This document shows, one piece after another, positions 21,350 to 33,100 of a stretch of 64,000 nt of DNA; the first letter of the stretch is position 1; every line of letters begins with the position of its first letter. A model generated the notes under the pieces. The model did no database searches. It was not told the origin of the DNA and saw nothing but the letters and a program-made list of their open reading frames with translations. Location of the stretch: assembly GCA_963662465.1 (NCBI GenBank), contig OY759599.1, forward strand, positions 2,496,001-2,560,000, in the 5' to 3' direction. The stretch comes from Desulfatiglandales bacterium. Its GTDB lineage: Bacteria; Desulfobacterota; DSM-4660; Desulfatiglandales; Desulfatiglandaceae. The position numbers and the translations under genes are program-made.

Positions 21350-24300
21350 ATGGAGAATACACCTGTTATTCTGATTGCTTACAAGCGGGCATGGCATACA
21401 GCGCAGGTTTTAGATTCGCTAAAAGAACATAATATTCAAAATTTATTTATCTTTTCTGATGGGCCAAGAAATAATGATGATCTGTCTGATGTATATGAAA
21501 CACGATTATTATTTCAAAGGATTGACTGGACAAAGCCCACTATTATTGAACAAAAGAGAAATATTGGCTTGGCAAATTCAATCGTTTCAGCAGTAAATTA
21601 CGTTTTTGAGAAATATGATAGAGTAGTCCTTCTGGAGGACGACTGCGTTCCTCAAAAACATTTTTTTGATTTTATTGGCGCGTGTTTGGATAAATATGAA
21701 AATATTGAAAAGGTATTCGGCATTTCAGGTTACACCGTTCCTATGCCTAACTCTGTTTTGAAAACTTATCCGCATGATCTTTATTTCTTTCCCAGAATCG
21801 GAAGCTGGGGATGGGCTACATGGAAGAGGGCATGGCAACATTTTGAGCCTGATCTGGCCAAGGCATACAGGCAAGCTGTAGAAAATAATATCGATCTATC
21901 CCAGGGCGGGACAGATATCCCGGTAATGCTCAATAGTATGCTGAATGGAAATCTGAAAGACGTTTGGACGTTGCATTGGGTACTCTCAGTATATTTGAAT
22001 AAAGGTTTCTATATCTATCCAACACTTTCCCATATTGAAAATATTGGCATGGATGGAAGCGGCGTCCATTGCGGTGCAACCCAAAAATTTATTACAAGAA
22101 TGGCTGACAGGAAACCCTCACGATATCCAAATACTATCGAAATCAATGAAGATACCTACAAAAATTTTAGAAAGTATTATGACGTACTACAACCAATCCC
22201 AAAAACGCACAAGAAGATATTTTCAGAAAGGCCACCTTTAAAAATCGCACACCTCTGCATGCAGGATTTTGGGGGTGCTGGGAATGCAGCATACAGGCTT
22301 CATAAGGGTCTCCAATCAATGGGTGTGGATTCTACCATGCTTGTGCTGAATAAAAGAAGCGGTGATCCGAGCGTTAGAGTGTTGCCAAATGATTATACCA
22401 TGGGCAAGGCAAATTGTTTGGATGTCTCTGCATATAACTCTCCTGTGTGGAATAAGCAGTCTGTCAGATGGCAAAAACTCATGATTGAATATCCCGGAAG
22501 ACCTACCGGGCTTGAGGTTTTTACAGACGCTGTTTCGGACGTAAGACTCGATCGTGTCCGTGAAATGCAGGAGGCAGATATAATTAACCTGCATTGGGTT
22601 GCCGGGACAATCGATTGGCCCAGTGCGCCTTTGGGAATTGGGAACAAACCCATTATCTGGACGCTTCATGACATGAACCCTTTTACAGGTGGGTGTCACT
22701 ATGCCGGAGACTGTAAGAAATATATGGACGGCTGTGGGGCATGCCCTCAGTTGGGATCTAATATTCATGATGACCTCTCACACAAGGTATGGGAACAAAA
22801 ATACAAGGCTTATAAGGATTTGAATATAAACGTTGTCACCCCAAGCCGATGGCTGGGGAAATGCGCATCTGAAAGTAAGCTGTTTTCTCGTTTTCCGGCT
22901 CAGGTCATCCCATACGGATTCCCTCTTGATACTTTTCGACCACACCCGAAGGCAGAGATCCATAAGGCTCTAAAAATCCCTGATTCTGCAAAGGTAATCC
23001 TGTTTGGCGCGAATTCTGTCCTGAATGAAAGAAAAGGCTTTAGATACCTGCTTGAGGCCTTAAACAAAATCCCTCTAAAAAGCGGGCATGATATTGCTAT
23101 TCTTACATTTGGAGGTTTGCCAAAGGGGATCAAGATTCCCTCAAAGTATTCAGTTGTGAATCTAGGCTTGATTGCAGATGAGAAACAACTTGCCATGGCT
23201 TACAGCGTAGCCGATGTTTTCGTTCTCCCCTCCCTTGAGGATAATCTCCCGAATACCGTTATTGAGGCAATGGCTTGCGGCGTACCTGTGGTCGCCTTTG
23301 ATATAGGCGGTATGCCGGACATGATAGAGCACAAAAAGACCGGTTATTTAGTAAAGCCTAAGGATATAAAAGGTCTAATTGAAGGGATCGATTGGGCCAT
23401 TTCATCTGCCGATAACGGCAGGGATTTTTTAAAAGAATGCAGAGCAAAGGCGGAAAGAGAGTATGCTCTGGATGTGCAGGCGAATGCGTATGTGGGTTTG
23501 TATGAGCGGATAATGACAGACGTCGGAGGTCGGAGGTCGGAGGTCGGAGGTCAGAGATCAGTAGACAGAAGTCAGAAATCGAAGATCAGTGGTCAGAAAG
23601 AACAGGATGGCTGGGCGGATGGACGAGTACAAGGCGATAGGGGGAGTACTCCTGATGAATTGTATCAAACAGCACAGGGATTTATGGAAAGCGGGAGAGA
23701 AAAAGAGGCAATTGGGGCTTTGAGAGTGTTTTTGGGATTATATCCTGGTTACGCTCTGGCGCATAACGATCTGGGGGTTTTGTGTTATAATGAGGGGCAA
23801 AAAGAAAAGGCGCTCAGGCACTATGAACAGGCTGCACAACTGGAACCCAATAACCTGACTCTTCAGAAAAACCTGGCTGATTTTTATTATTTCGAACTGG
23901 AACGTATCGAAGAAGCTTTAAAAATATACAATCGAATTTTAACCGAAAATCCTGAAGATTTGGAAACGTTGCTTGTAATGGGGCATATTTGCATTAAGCT
24001 TAACAAGATTGATGATGCAATAGATTTTCACAACAGGGTATTGGAAATTGATTCGGGTAATGAGAATGCTATTGAAATGCTTCGCAAAATTCGAGAAATG
24101 GTTGCTCAGTTTTTTTTGGATAAATCTCAAGAAGACTTATCGGAACATTACACCCGTGAATATAGCAGTACACATCGCAAAATACTGGCAGGCAATTTGA
24201 AAGATTATCCACTATCCGATGATGAGCAGGCTTTTTTGGATGCGTTTACGGCCAGGACAAATAGTGTTGAGAAATCGCAGGAGGCTATTCCCTCTTTTTT

Positions 24301-25819
24301 AGCATCAATGCTGTACCATTATCCATATCAGATGCCCATCGAATTTGACCTATTAGAGATGCCGGAGTGGCTTCAGGAGGATTATTACACCTTTCTCCTT
24401 TCCTACCCACGTTGTTTTATAAGACAAGGAGAGGTGGACGATTATTGCCGTTATATTAAAAGAGCTTTTGCATCTTTTTACAAAAGCATTCAAGATGCGC
24501 CGAATTCGAAACCATTGCAAAAACTGGCACACATATTTACGCAGAAAGCATATTTCATTCCTTTGTACTTCAGCAACGAAAACTTGACAGATCTTTATCT
24601 CCACCGGGCTGCGATTGCGGAATTGTCTCTTAAAACCCAGGGGTATGCGCTGGACTTTACACTTCCACAAAGGCCCGCGGAACGAAAAAAGCTAAGGCTC
24701 GGAATCTATGCCAGGGGTATTGCACTGGGCACGGAGGCTTTTGCAACCCTACCTGTGTATGAATATCTTAACCGTAAAGAATTTGAGGTGCTTCTTTACG
24801 TTCATCAGCAAAATGGAAACCCTGTTGAGTCACATGCCCGGCAATTAGCGGACAGGTTTATAGCGTTGCCGAAAGATATGAAAGCAAGCGTAGATATTAT
24901 CCGAGCCGATGATCTGGATGTTCTGTTTTTCAGCAATAACTTAACCGCGGTGATGAACCATACCTTTATTTTGGCGAACCATCGCTTGGCGCGCTTTCAG
25001 TGCGTCCACTTCTGCCAGCCGGTTACATCCGGGTTAAAACATATTGACTACTTTTTTTTAGGCGATGTGATTCAGGAAAAAGGAAAAGAACAGGAGCGAT
25101 ATCACGAGCAGATCGTAAATCTGGAAGGGTCCGGAATTTGTTTTGACCTAAGGAGCAGTAACGCCCAGCCCGCTGCTGCCAAGAGTCGTGAACAAATTGG
25201 AATTCCTGAAAACAGCGTCGTATTTGTATCGGGCGCTAATTTTTTCAAAATAATACCGGAATTGCGTCACCTGTGGGCAAGACTGCTTGAAAAAGTTCCG
25301 GAGTCGGTCCTTGTTTTATATCCGTTTGGACCGGCCTGGTCAGCTTCATACCCGAAAAATGTTTTCAGGGATCATTTTAAAAAGACGCTTTCCAAATATG
25401 ACGTCAAAGAAAACCGCTTGATTATCTTGGATCCATTGCCGACGCGTGAAGACATCAAAGAGCTGTTAAAAATTACCGATGTTTACCTCGATGCCGTCCC
25501 CTATAGCGGCGCCACATCCCTTCTGGATCCTCTGGAAGTGGGAGTGCCGACGGTTGTTATGGAAGGGGAAGAACTGCGCTGCCGCCAGGGGGCTGCTATA
25601 TTAAGGGAACTCGGGGTGGAGGAACTTGTTGTCAAGAGCGAAGAAGAATATATCGAGTTGGCCGGCAGACTGGCAACCGATAAGGAATTCCGAAGTGACT
25701 TGAGGAAAAAGATTCTGAGCAGAATGCAGAACACACCTCCCTTCCTTGATCCCAAAGGCTATGTACTGAAAATCAGTGCGGCTTTGAAAAATATTGTGGC
25801 TCATGGCGGTTTCGCGTGA
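21350..25819 (+). CDS. Multidomain glycosyltransferase: GT-A (GT2-like) + GT4 + TPR + GT41 (OGT/HMW1C-like)
   Basis: LLEDDC; INLHW, WTLHD, EDNLPNTVIEAMACG; TPRs; DVYLDAVPYSGATSLLDPL. Confidence 0.85.
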   Translation: MENTPVILIAYKRAWHTAQVLDSLKEHNIQNLFIFSDGPRNNDDLSDVYETRLLFQRIDWTKPTIIEQKRNIGLANSIVSAVNYVFEKYDRVVLLEDDCVPQKHFFDFIGACLDKYENIEKVFGISGYTVPMPNSVLKTYPHDLYFFPRIGSWGWATWKRAWQHFEPDLAKAYRQAVENNIDLSQGGTDIPVMLNSMLNGNLKDVWTLHWVLSVYLNKGFYIYPTLSHIENIGMDGSGVHCGATQKFITRMADRKPSRYPNTIEINEDTYKNFRKYYDVLQPIPKTHKKIFSERPPLKIAHLCMQDFGGAGNAAYRLHKGLQSMGVDSTMLVLNKRSGDPSVRVLPNDYTMGKANCLDVSAYNSPVWNKQSVRWQKLMIEYPGRPTGLEVFTDAVSDVRLDRVREMQEADIINLHWVAGTIDWPSAPLGIGNKPIIWTLHDMNPFTGGCHYAGDCKKYMDGCGACPQLGSNIHDDLSHKVWEQKYKAYKDLNINVVTPSRWLGKCASESKLFSRFPAQVIPYGFPLDTFRPHPKAEIHKALKIPDSAKVILFGANSVLNERKGFRYLLEALNKIPLKSGHDIAILTFGGLPKGIKIPSKYSVVNLGLIADEKQLAMAYSVADVFVLPSLEDNLPNTVIEAMACGVPVVAFDIGGMPDMIEHKKTGYLVKPKDIKGLIEGIDWAISSADNGRDFLKECRAKAEREYALDVQANAYVGLYERIMTDVGGRRSEVGGQRSVDRSQKSKISGQKEQDGWADGRVQGDRGSTPDELYQTAQGFMESGREKEAIGALRVFLGLYPGYALAHNDLGVLCYNEGQKEKALRHYEQAAQLEPNNLTLQKNLADFYYFELERIEEALKIYNRILTENPEDLETLLVMGHICIKLNKIDDAIDFHNRVLEIDSGNENAIEMLRKIREMVAQFFLDKSQEDLSEHYTREYSSTHRKILAGNLKDYPLSDDEQAFLDAFTARTNSVEKSQEAIPSFLASMLYHYPYQMPIEFDLLEMPEWLQEDYYTFLLSYPRCFIRQGEVDDYCRYIKRAFASFYKSIQDAPNSKPLQKLAHIFTQKAYFIPLYFSNENLTDLYLHRAAIAELSLKTQGYALDFTLPQRPAERKKLRLGIYARGIALGTEAFATLPVYEYLNRKEFEVLLYVHQQNGNPVESHARQLADRFIALPKDMKASVDIIRADDLDVLFFSNNLTAVMNHTFILANHRLARFQCVHFCQPVTSGLKHIDYFFLGDVIQEKGKEQERYHEQIVNLEGSGICFDLRSSNAQPAAAKSREQIGIPENSVVFVSGANFFKIIPELRHLWARLLEKVPESVLVLYPFGPAWSASYPKNVFRDHFKKTLSKYDVKENRLIILDPLPTREDIKELLKITDVYLDAVPYSGATSLLDPLEVGVPTVVMEGEELRCRQGAAILRELGVEELVVKSEEEYIELAGRLATDKEFRSDLRKKILSRMQNTPPFLDPKGYVLKISAALKNIVAHGGFA
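23515..23598 (+). repeat. Heptamer tandem array in coding sequence
   Basis: GTCGGAG x4 perfect (23522-23549) within 12 degenerate units. Confidence 0.9.
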
Positions 25820-26066
25820 TATTTTGTTCAGGGAGCAATCCTACTTTCTCACCCTCTCTCCCTCTTTCTCCACTCCAAATAGTTGACGCCCCGGTTTAAA
25901 AAAACTCGGTTCTTCACGTCAATGCGTAGCAAACGGTCAATACTCTCCAACAATCCATCCTTCTCCCATCATTTTCCGTCATTCCCCCCCTGTGTTGATT
26001 CTTGCTCCCCATCACCTCCTCAACCCGTACACACCTCTTATGAAATATCCGTTACTCACAAATACA

Positions 26067-26312
26067 GACTACCGTCACAAGCCGGGACAAAATGTTTGAA
26101 CCCGATTTAAAAGATTATAATGATGGACAGGATTGCCATTGGCCGATAAAATGCGAACAAAATGGTGTAAGGGGGGAAGGAACTTGTCCGGACGCCGTCT
26201 TTTAATCCTGTCCATCGTGTTCAAGACAATGAGGATGCCCACAGTGCCTGATAACCCTTTGCCCGTTTTTGAAAACTATAAAAATCACATCATCTACGGT
26301 CACAAGCCGGGA
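26067..26312. repeat. Non-coding unit bounded by 21-bp direct repeats with an internal stem-loop
   Basis: CTAC(C/G)GTCACAAGCCGGGA at both ends; GATGGACAGGATT / AATCCTGTCCATC inverted pair; 26067-26140 matches the reverse complement of 53468-53540. Confidence 0.75.
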
Positions 26313-26575
26313 GAATTTAGAAAATCACGTTCCTACGTTCTGTGTGGAAATGGATTACAGTAAGGACCTGGTTAAACTGTCCCGCTTTGTGTCCGGTCCG
26401 TAGCCATTGGGAATGAACGGATAGGTGGATGATTGAAGAATGCTGGGATGTTGGAATACTGGTATGCTGAAATCGAGGGATGGGTGGATGATTGGCGTAA
26501 TCTTGGATAGATGCGTCGAATAGCCGTTAGCATTAAAAAGGGATGGAAATGAGAGATTTTCGAGAACTTAACCGA

Positions 26576-26682
26576 CAGATCAAGGGAAAGAAATACCATG
26601 AGAAATATGCGGGAAGCGACGTTTATCTGGTGGGCGTCGAATTCAGCCATGAGGATCGGAATAACGTCAATTTTGAATGGGA
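26576..26682 (+). pseudogene. 3'-end stub of the AAA-ATPase/PD-(D/E)XK gene
   Basis: Direct repeat of 28117-28223. Confidence 0.85.
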
Positions 26683-26700
26683 ACAGGTGAAAAAAGAGCC

Positions 26701-28242
26701 ATGAAAAAACTGCCGATCGGGATTCAAACATTTGAAAAGATGATCCATCAAGGGTTCTGCTATGTTGACAAAACCGCGTTTATCAAGCGACTGGTGGATG
26801 AAGGAGAGTATTATTTTCTCTCCCGACCCAGGAGATTCGGCAAAAGCCTGTTTCTGAGTACACTGAAATCAGCATTTTCAGGCCAACAGGAATTGTTCAA
26901 AGGGCTTTTTTTAGAGAAGAACTGGGATTGGAATGTAAAATATCCTGTGGTGCATATCAGTTTTGGCGCAGGCGTCGTGCAAAACAAGAAGGATCTTTAT
27001 GCTAATTTTGGTTATATTTTAGACGATCATGCCCGAAAATACGGCATTACTTATACCTACGAAGATCCTAAAAACCGATTTGCGCAACTGATCCAGACCC
27101 TTTATGAGATGTTCAAAATGAACGTGGTGGTGCTGGTGGATGAATACGACAAGCCCATTCTGGACAACATTTCAGACACACAAACCGCCATTGCCATCCG
27201 AGAAGAACTGAAAAACATCTATTCCGTCATCAAGGACAGCGACCCTTACATCAAGTTCGTATTCATTACCGGTGTTTCCAAATTCAGCAAGGTCTCCCTT
27301 TTCAGCGGTCTTAACAATTTGAACGACATCACACTTGCCCCCAAATATTCCGCTATCTGCGGCTACACACAAAAAGAACTGGAAACGGTCTTCGCAAACC
27401 GTTTGGAAGGAGTGGACCTGGATGAAGTCAAAAAATGGTACAACGGATATAACTGGCTGGGCGAGGAGGTTTACAATCCTTTTGATGTTCTGTTATTTTT
27501 GGACAGAAAAGAGTTTCTAAATTATTGGTTTGAAACCGGGACCCCCACTTTTTTGATCAAACTGCTTCAGGAGGGACGGTATTATATCCCAAACATTCAG
27601 CATCTCACCGCCGGAGAAGAAATTGTGGGCAGTTTCGATGTGGAAGACATTCGACCGGAAACCCTTCTGTTTCAAACCGGATACCTCACCATTCAGGACA
27701 TAAAACAAATTGGCGCGTTTCGAAAGTTCCATCTGACCTATCCCAATCTGGAAGTGAAGGCCAGCCTGAACAACTATATCCTGGGGGCGCTGGTGAAGGA
27801 CCGCCTGGCCAAAACCCGGAACCAGTCGGACGTATTGGACGCGTTGATGGACAATGACTTTGAAAAGCTGAAAAACGCCTTCCACGCCTTCTTTGCTTCC
27901 ATTCCCCATGAGTGGTATCGAAAGAATCAAATTTCCCACTATGAGGGGTATTATGCCTCCATCGTGTATTGCTATTTCGCATCCCTGGGGCTGAATGTAA
28001 CGCCTGAAGACCCCACCAACCACGGACAGATCGACATGGCTATCCGGTTTGAGGACCGGGTTTTTATTCTTGAGTTCAAGGTGGTGGAACTGGCTGGGAA
28101 CGGGCGTGCGCTTCAGCAGATCAAGGAAAAGAAATACCATGAGAAATATGCGGGAAGCGACGTTTATCTGGTGGGCATCGAATTCAGCCATGAAGATCGA
28201 AATATTGTCAATTTCGAATGGGAGTTCCTGCCGGCGTTGTGA
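26701..28242 (+). CDS. AAA-ATPase-like protein with C-terminal PD-(D/E)XK nuclease domain
   Basis: KKLPIGIQTF, SRPRRFGKS, LVDEYDKP, GQIDM...ILEFK, ALQQIKEKKY. Confidence 0.9.
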   Translation: MKKLPIGIQTFEKMIHQGFCYVDKTAFIKRLVDEGEYYFLSRPRRFGKSLFLSTLKSAFSGQQELFKGLFLEKNWDWNVKYPVVHISFGAGVVQNKKDLYANFGYILDDHARKYGITYTYEDPKNRFAQLIQTLYEMFKMNVVVLVDEYDKPILDNISDTQTAIAIREELKNIYSVIKDSDPYIKFVFITGVSKFSKVSLFSGLNNLNDITLAPKYSAICGYTQKELETVFANRLEGVDLDEVKKWYNGYNWLGEEVYNPFDVLLFLDRKEFLNYWFETGTPTFLIKLLQEGRYYIPNIQHLTAGEEIVGSFDVEDIRPETLLFQTGYLTIQDIKQIGAFRKFHLTYPNLEVKASLNNYILGALVKDRLAKTRNQSDVLDALMDNDFEKLKNAFHAFFASIPHEWYRKNQISHYEGYYASIVYCYFASLGLNVTPEDPTNHGQIDMAIRFEDRVFILEFKVVELAGNGRALQQIKEKKYHEKYAGSDVYLVGIEFSHEDRNIVNFEWEFLPAL

Positions 28243-28272
28243 TCGAGTGCAAAAAGGGGACAGGTGGAGCGG

Positions 28273-28378
28273 GCCTGGGGGTTGAAACTGAGGTTGAAAC
28301 CCCAGGCTATTATCAACCTACAGGACGGTAAAAGCCCCATCGGGTCGACAAACAATGGCCCGACAATTCATTGCCGGG
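28273..28378. repeat. Two REP-like palindromes
   Basis: GCCTGGGG...CCCCAGGC (28273-28307) and CCCGACAAT-TC-ATTGCCGGG (28359-28378). Confidence 0.55.
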
Positions 28379-28447
28379 TGGTTGGAACGATGATCAAGGC
28401 CGATTCGTCTTATTCGTGGTCAAAAAAGTATGTCAGCGGAGGCGCCC

Positions 28448-29596
28448 ATGCACTACAAAAATGAGGCTGCGTTTATCAACCGACAGGATGAATTGCATTA
28501 TCTAAAAAACTGGATTGCAGAACAACCCAAACACATTCTGTTTCTTTACGGTCCCAAATCCAGCGGCAAGACCACCCTCATATACAAATTTGTCGAGCGA
28601 TATCTAAGCGACGAGCGTACGTTTTCCATCAAACTTTTTAACTTGCGCGAGGTTCTTCTTGTCAATTATGAAGATTTTTTGCAACGATTCTTTCAGTTAG
28701 AAGAACCGAAAGAAGAGACCTCCCGTCAGGCGCGGCATTATGATTTGAAAGTTTTCAAACTTACGGTAGAGAATCAGAAAAAGATCAGGAACCGGCAGTT
28801 AGACCCTTTTGATGTGATGAAGACTGAACTCCAGGAGCTGAACATAAAGGGGATCAGGCCGATCATCATTATCGACGAGCTGCAGGCCCTGGATTTTGTT
28901 TATTTTAATGGACAGCGGGAACTGTTAAAGGAACTGCTCAATTTTTTCGTGGCCATGACAAAAGAGAGCCACCTCTGCCATGTTCTGCTTTCCAGCTCTG
29001 ACGGGTATTTTATAGAAAAGCTTTACAATGACAGTAAACTCAAAAAAACCAGTGACCTATTAGAGGTGGACTACCTGCCCAAAGAGGATATCGTCTATTG
29101 GCTGAACAATCTGAAAAAAGAATCCAGGATCGAGGACTATATACTGACCGATTATCAGATCCAATACATCTGGGATCACTTCGGGGGAAGCATATGGGAG
29201 ATATCGAGGCTGCTGGGTGATTTTTTGAGGGTCAGTAAGGACGGGGAAGTCTCTGATAAAGAGATGGAAAACATCGTTGCGCGCCATTTGATTCAGGCCA
29301 GAAGCTATTTTATGGAATATGCTTCTATTGATGAACGGAAAATCGCGTTATTGAAAAGAATTTCGGAAATCATCCATAAACAGAATTTTTTCTTTGAGCC
29401 GCAGTTGTCGGGCCTTGCAGCAGGAGGCATTTTCAAAGGACAGGGCGCCATACGCAATGAGTTGGACCACCTGGTGCGGCGGAATTTTCTCTATTATAAC
29501 CCCGCAAAGGCTGAATACAAACTTCAGGGGAGAAGCATGGAGATAGGTCTTGACAGGTATGTGCGGGATATTGAGGGGTTGATGAAAGGGAAATAG
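28448..29596 (+). CDS. Archaeal-type AAA ATPase, paralog of 3421-4587
   Basis: GPKSSGKT, IIIDELQ; GGAGG before ATG 28448. Confidence 0.85.
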   Translation: MHYKNEAAFINRQDELHYLKNWIAEQPKHILFLYGPKSSGKTTLIYKFVERYLSDERTFSIKLFNLREVLLVNYEDFLQRFFQLEEPKEETSRQARHYDLKVFKLTVENQKKIRNRQLDPFDVMKTELQELNIKGIRPIIIIDELQALDFVYFNGQRELLKELLNFFVAMTKESHLCHVLLSSSDGYFIEKLYNDSKLKKTSDLLEVDYLPKEDIVYWLNNLKKESRIEDYILTDYQIQYIWDHFGGSIWEISRLLGDFLRVSKDGEVSDKEMENIVARHLIQARSYFMEYASIDERKIALLKRISEIIHKQNFFFEPQLSGLAAGGIFKGQGAIRNELDHLVRRNFLYYNPAKAEYKLQGRSMEIGLDRYVRDIEGLMKGK

Positions 29597-29612
29597 TCTC
29601 CGTGGGCATCTA

Positions 29613-30075
29613 TAGACCGTGCAGAGGAAATTCATTGTCTACAGTCCTGGATAGGGGAAAAACCCAAGAATATCCTTTTCCTCTACGGACCAAAATCAAG
29701 CGGCAAAACCACGTTGATCTATCGTTTTATTGACCAAAATCTGTTCAACAGCAAGTACGATATCAAGCACTTCAACCTACGTGAACTCCTTCTGGTCAAC
29801 TACGAGAGCTTTTTACGGGCTTTTTTCGAAGAGCGCATCTACCAGGACAGCAAGCTGAAAAAGACCAGTGAATTCATGGAGGTGGGCTATCTTCAGCAAG
29901 CGGACGTCATGGACTGGCTTGACAATCTGGATAAGTACAGCAAGATTAACCGGTTTGTATTGAATGATCGTCAAAGAGAGGCGGTATGGGATTTTTATTG
30001 ACGAACTGAACAACCTGGTGCGCAAAAATTTTCTGAGCTACGCCCCTCCCCGGGCCGAATACGCTTTGCAGGGCC
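29613..30075 (+). pseudogene. Internally deleted copy of the archaeal-type ATPase
   Basis: Three collinear blocks matching about 3460-3678, 3991-4156 and 4438-4512. Confidence 0.8.
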
Positions 30076-30127
30076 GGGGCGTTTTTCAGCCGGTGAACAC
30101 CGGACATTCAAAACGAAGAAGGAAATC

Positions 30128-33100
30128 ATGGACAATTCCAAAGGACTGGATCGGGTACAGACAATACCCATAAAATCCCCAGATGTTTTATACACGGAAG
30201 TCGGAAAGGTGATGGCTGACGGCAACCCAAAAGAAGCCATTGGCGCGCTGGAGATGTTCCTGGCAATATGGCCGGATTATGGCCTCGCGCATAATGATCT
30301 GGGCGTTCTATATTTTAATGAAGGAGAGAAAGAGAAAGCGCTCGGACACTACGAGCAGGCGGCACGGCTTGAGACTGAGAACACTACCTTTCAGAAAAAT
30401 TTGGCGGATTTCTACTACGTCGAGGCGGGGAGAGTGGAAGAGGCCATGGGACTCTATATCAAGGTTTTGGCGGCCAATCCGCTGGATACTGAGCTCCTTC
30501 TGATTCTGGGCGGTATCTGCGCATCACTGGAAAAAACGGATAATGCCAAATTCTTTTATGGGCGGGTTTTGGAGCTTGAGCCGTGGCATGTGGAGGCGAG
30601 ACAAAAGTTCGAAGAACTTGGGAAGGGGGAGGACGGAGGACGGGGGACGGAGGTCGGAGGTCGGAGGTCGGAGGTCGGGGGAAAGGAATATCTTGTTTCG
30701 GCTATTGTATCCACATACAACTCCGAGCGGTTTATTCGAGGGTGCTTGGAGGATCTGGAGGCGCAAACCATCGCGGATCAAGTGGAAATCATCGTCATTA
30801 ACAGCGGTTCGGAACAGAATGAGGAAGCTGTTGTTAAGGAATTTCAGCAGCGATACGAGAATATCAAGTACATCGAGACCGATAGCAGAGAAACGGTATA
30901 TGAGGCATGGAATCTGGGCATAAAGGCGTCCACCGGAAAATACCTCACCAATGCCAACACCGATGATCGACACCGGAAGGATGCCTTTGAGGTGATGGTT
31001 AAAGTCCTGGAAGCACTCCCTGAGGTTGCTTTAGGTTATGCTGACCTAATCATTACTGAAGTTGAAAATGAAACATTTGAAAATTGCACACCTGCCGGTC
31101 TCTTTCGCTGGATGAATTGGAACAGGAAAGATCTATTGAAAGGTGTTTGCTTCATGGGCCCACAGCCCATGTGGCGAAGGAGTGTTCATGAGGAATATGG
31201 TTATTTCGACGGATCTCTTGTCACATCCGGAGACTATGAGTTCTGGCTCCGCATTTCTCAAACCCAGACTTTCCTTCATATCCCGGTCCTGTTGGGAGTC
31301 TATCTTCGATCTCCGGGAAGTATTGAACACGCCAATCGAAAAAGACAAGCCAAAGAAAATAGAGAAATTGTTCAAACCTATAAATCCGCCTATGAATCCA
31401 AAAAAATCATCAAGCGTCGAAAAATTGACGCCACCCGCCGCAACCTTGAAACCGCTAAATACACGCATCCCCTGGACCATCAGAGGCCGATGGCCCCACT
31501 TCTGGAAACCCCTTGCCAAAAAGATCTCACCTCGATCATTATCATTGTCTCGGACCATCAAACCCGAATAAAAGAGTGCTTAAATCTCATAGAACGTCAC
31601 ACCCCTGACCCTTCCGAGATCATATTCGTTGACAAAAGCGGCGGAAGCCCTACATCCAAATGGATAAAAGAAGAATCCAAGCGTAAAGAGCGCTGCCAAC
31701 TGATCACCGTCTCAAAAGAAAGCGGGCTCAGTCAATGCGCTAACAAGGGGATATCAGTATCCTCCGGAGAATACATTCTCCTCCTTCACGACCATGTACG
31801 CGTTGCCGACGGATGGTTAAGCGGCATGCTGGAATATGTGAAGAGCGCGGATGATGTCGGCATCGTCGGTCCCATGACCAACCGGAAGACGGCGGGCGTG
31901 CAATATGTACCCGGCTCGAAGCATGTCGGCATTGACCCATTCATAGAATACGCAGAAGCATTTCGGGAAAGAAACCGACATCGGCGCATCCCCTCGCGTG
32001 AATTAGCGGATGACTGCATGCTCTTTCGCCGGCGTCTGGTTCAGCATATCGGCCTGTTTGACGAAGCGCTGCAACAGGGCAGTGAATCGGCGGATTATTG
32101 TCTCCGTGCGGCCCTTGCGGGATACCACAATGTCATCGCCGGGGATGTGTTTGTTCAATGCGAAGATCCTTCTTTGAAAACAAACAAAAATTCGTTTACA
32201 TACAAATGGAGCGGCATCGATCTAAAGAGCCATGATGGAAAGAGACTCGCGGTACTCAATGCGGTTGAGGCGGCCGAAGACTTCTATCACAAAGATGAAA
32301 TCGACAAGGCCGTTCGCGCGCTCATCGATGCGCTAAAATACAGCCCGCACGAGATATCCATCTATCACCGACTGGCACAGATGCTCATCGATTGTAAACG
32401 CTTCCAGGAAGCGCTTGAGGCAATCAAGGCCATTCCCAAAAAGAACAGGGAGCATCCCAAAACCCTGGAACTTGCCGGGTATTGCAAGGAAGGCATGGAT
32501 TTAGATGACGAGGCCGAACCATTGGCGGACCGCGCCCTCTCCCTAAACCCCTCCTGTGCGGCGGCGCTCAACCTGAAAGGCGTGCTGGCCTACAAAAGAG
32601 GCGACAAAGACGCATGCCGGGCCTTTTTAGACAGGGCCATGGTCGCTGATCCCGGTTATGGAGACGCCTATACCAACATGGGGATTCTTGACTGGGGGGC
32701 CGAACATCAAGAAGATGCGCTCAAATTTCTGGAAAAAGGTTGCCGCCTGTCCCCTGCAGTCTCAGATCATATTGAGGCCTATCTTTCTGTTATTTCAGAC
32801 ATGTCGGAATTTGCAAAAGCCGAGGAAATATTTCGCGAGGCAAAGGCCCTGTACCCTCAAAACCGCCGGATTCTATGGGTCCTGATCGATATCCTGTTCC
32901 GGCAGGAAAAATATGAATCGGCCTTGCAGGAAATCCAGGGCGCCATGACCACTTTCGGCATTACCGATGATATTCTTGCCACGGCAGAAACGGTCCTTGA
33001 TAAACTGAGTACCCGGGAGACAAAGGAAGCCGAAAAATCACCCAAAATCTCGCTGTGCATGATCGTCAAAAATGAAGAAAAATGTCTGACCAAATGCCTC

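Noticed and set aside
27517..28191. Long antisense ORFs (also 39468-40103, 43822-44484, 55637-56284)
   Set aside because: Shadows of well-supported genes on the opposite strand
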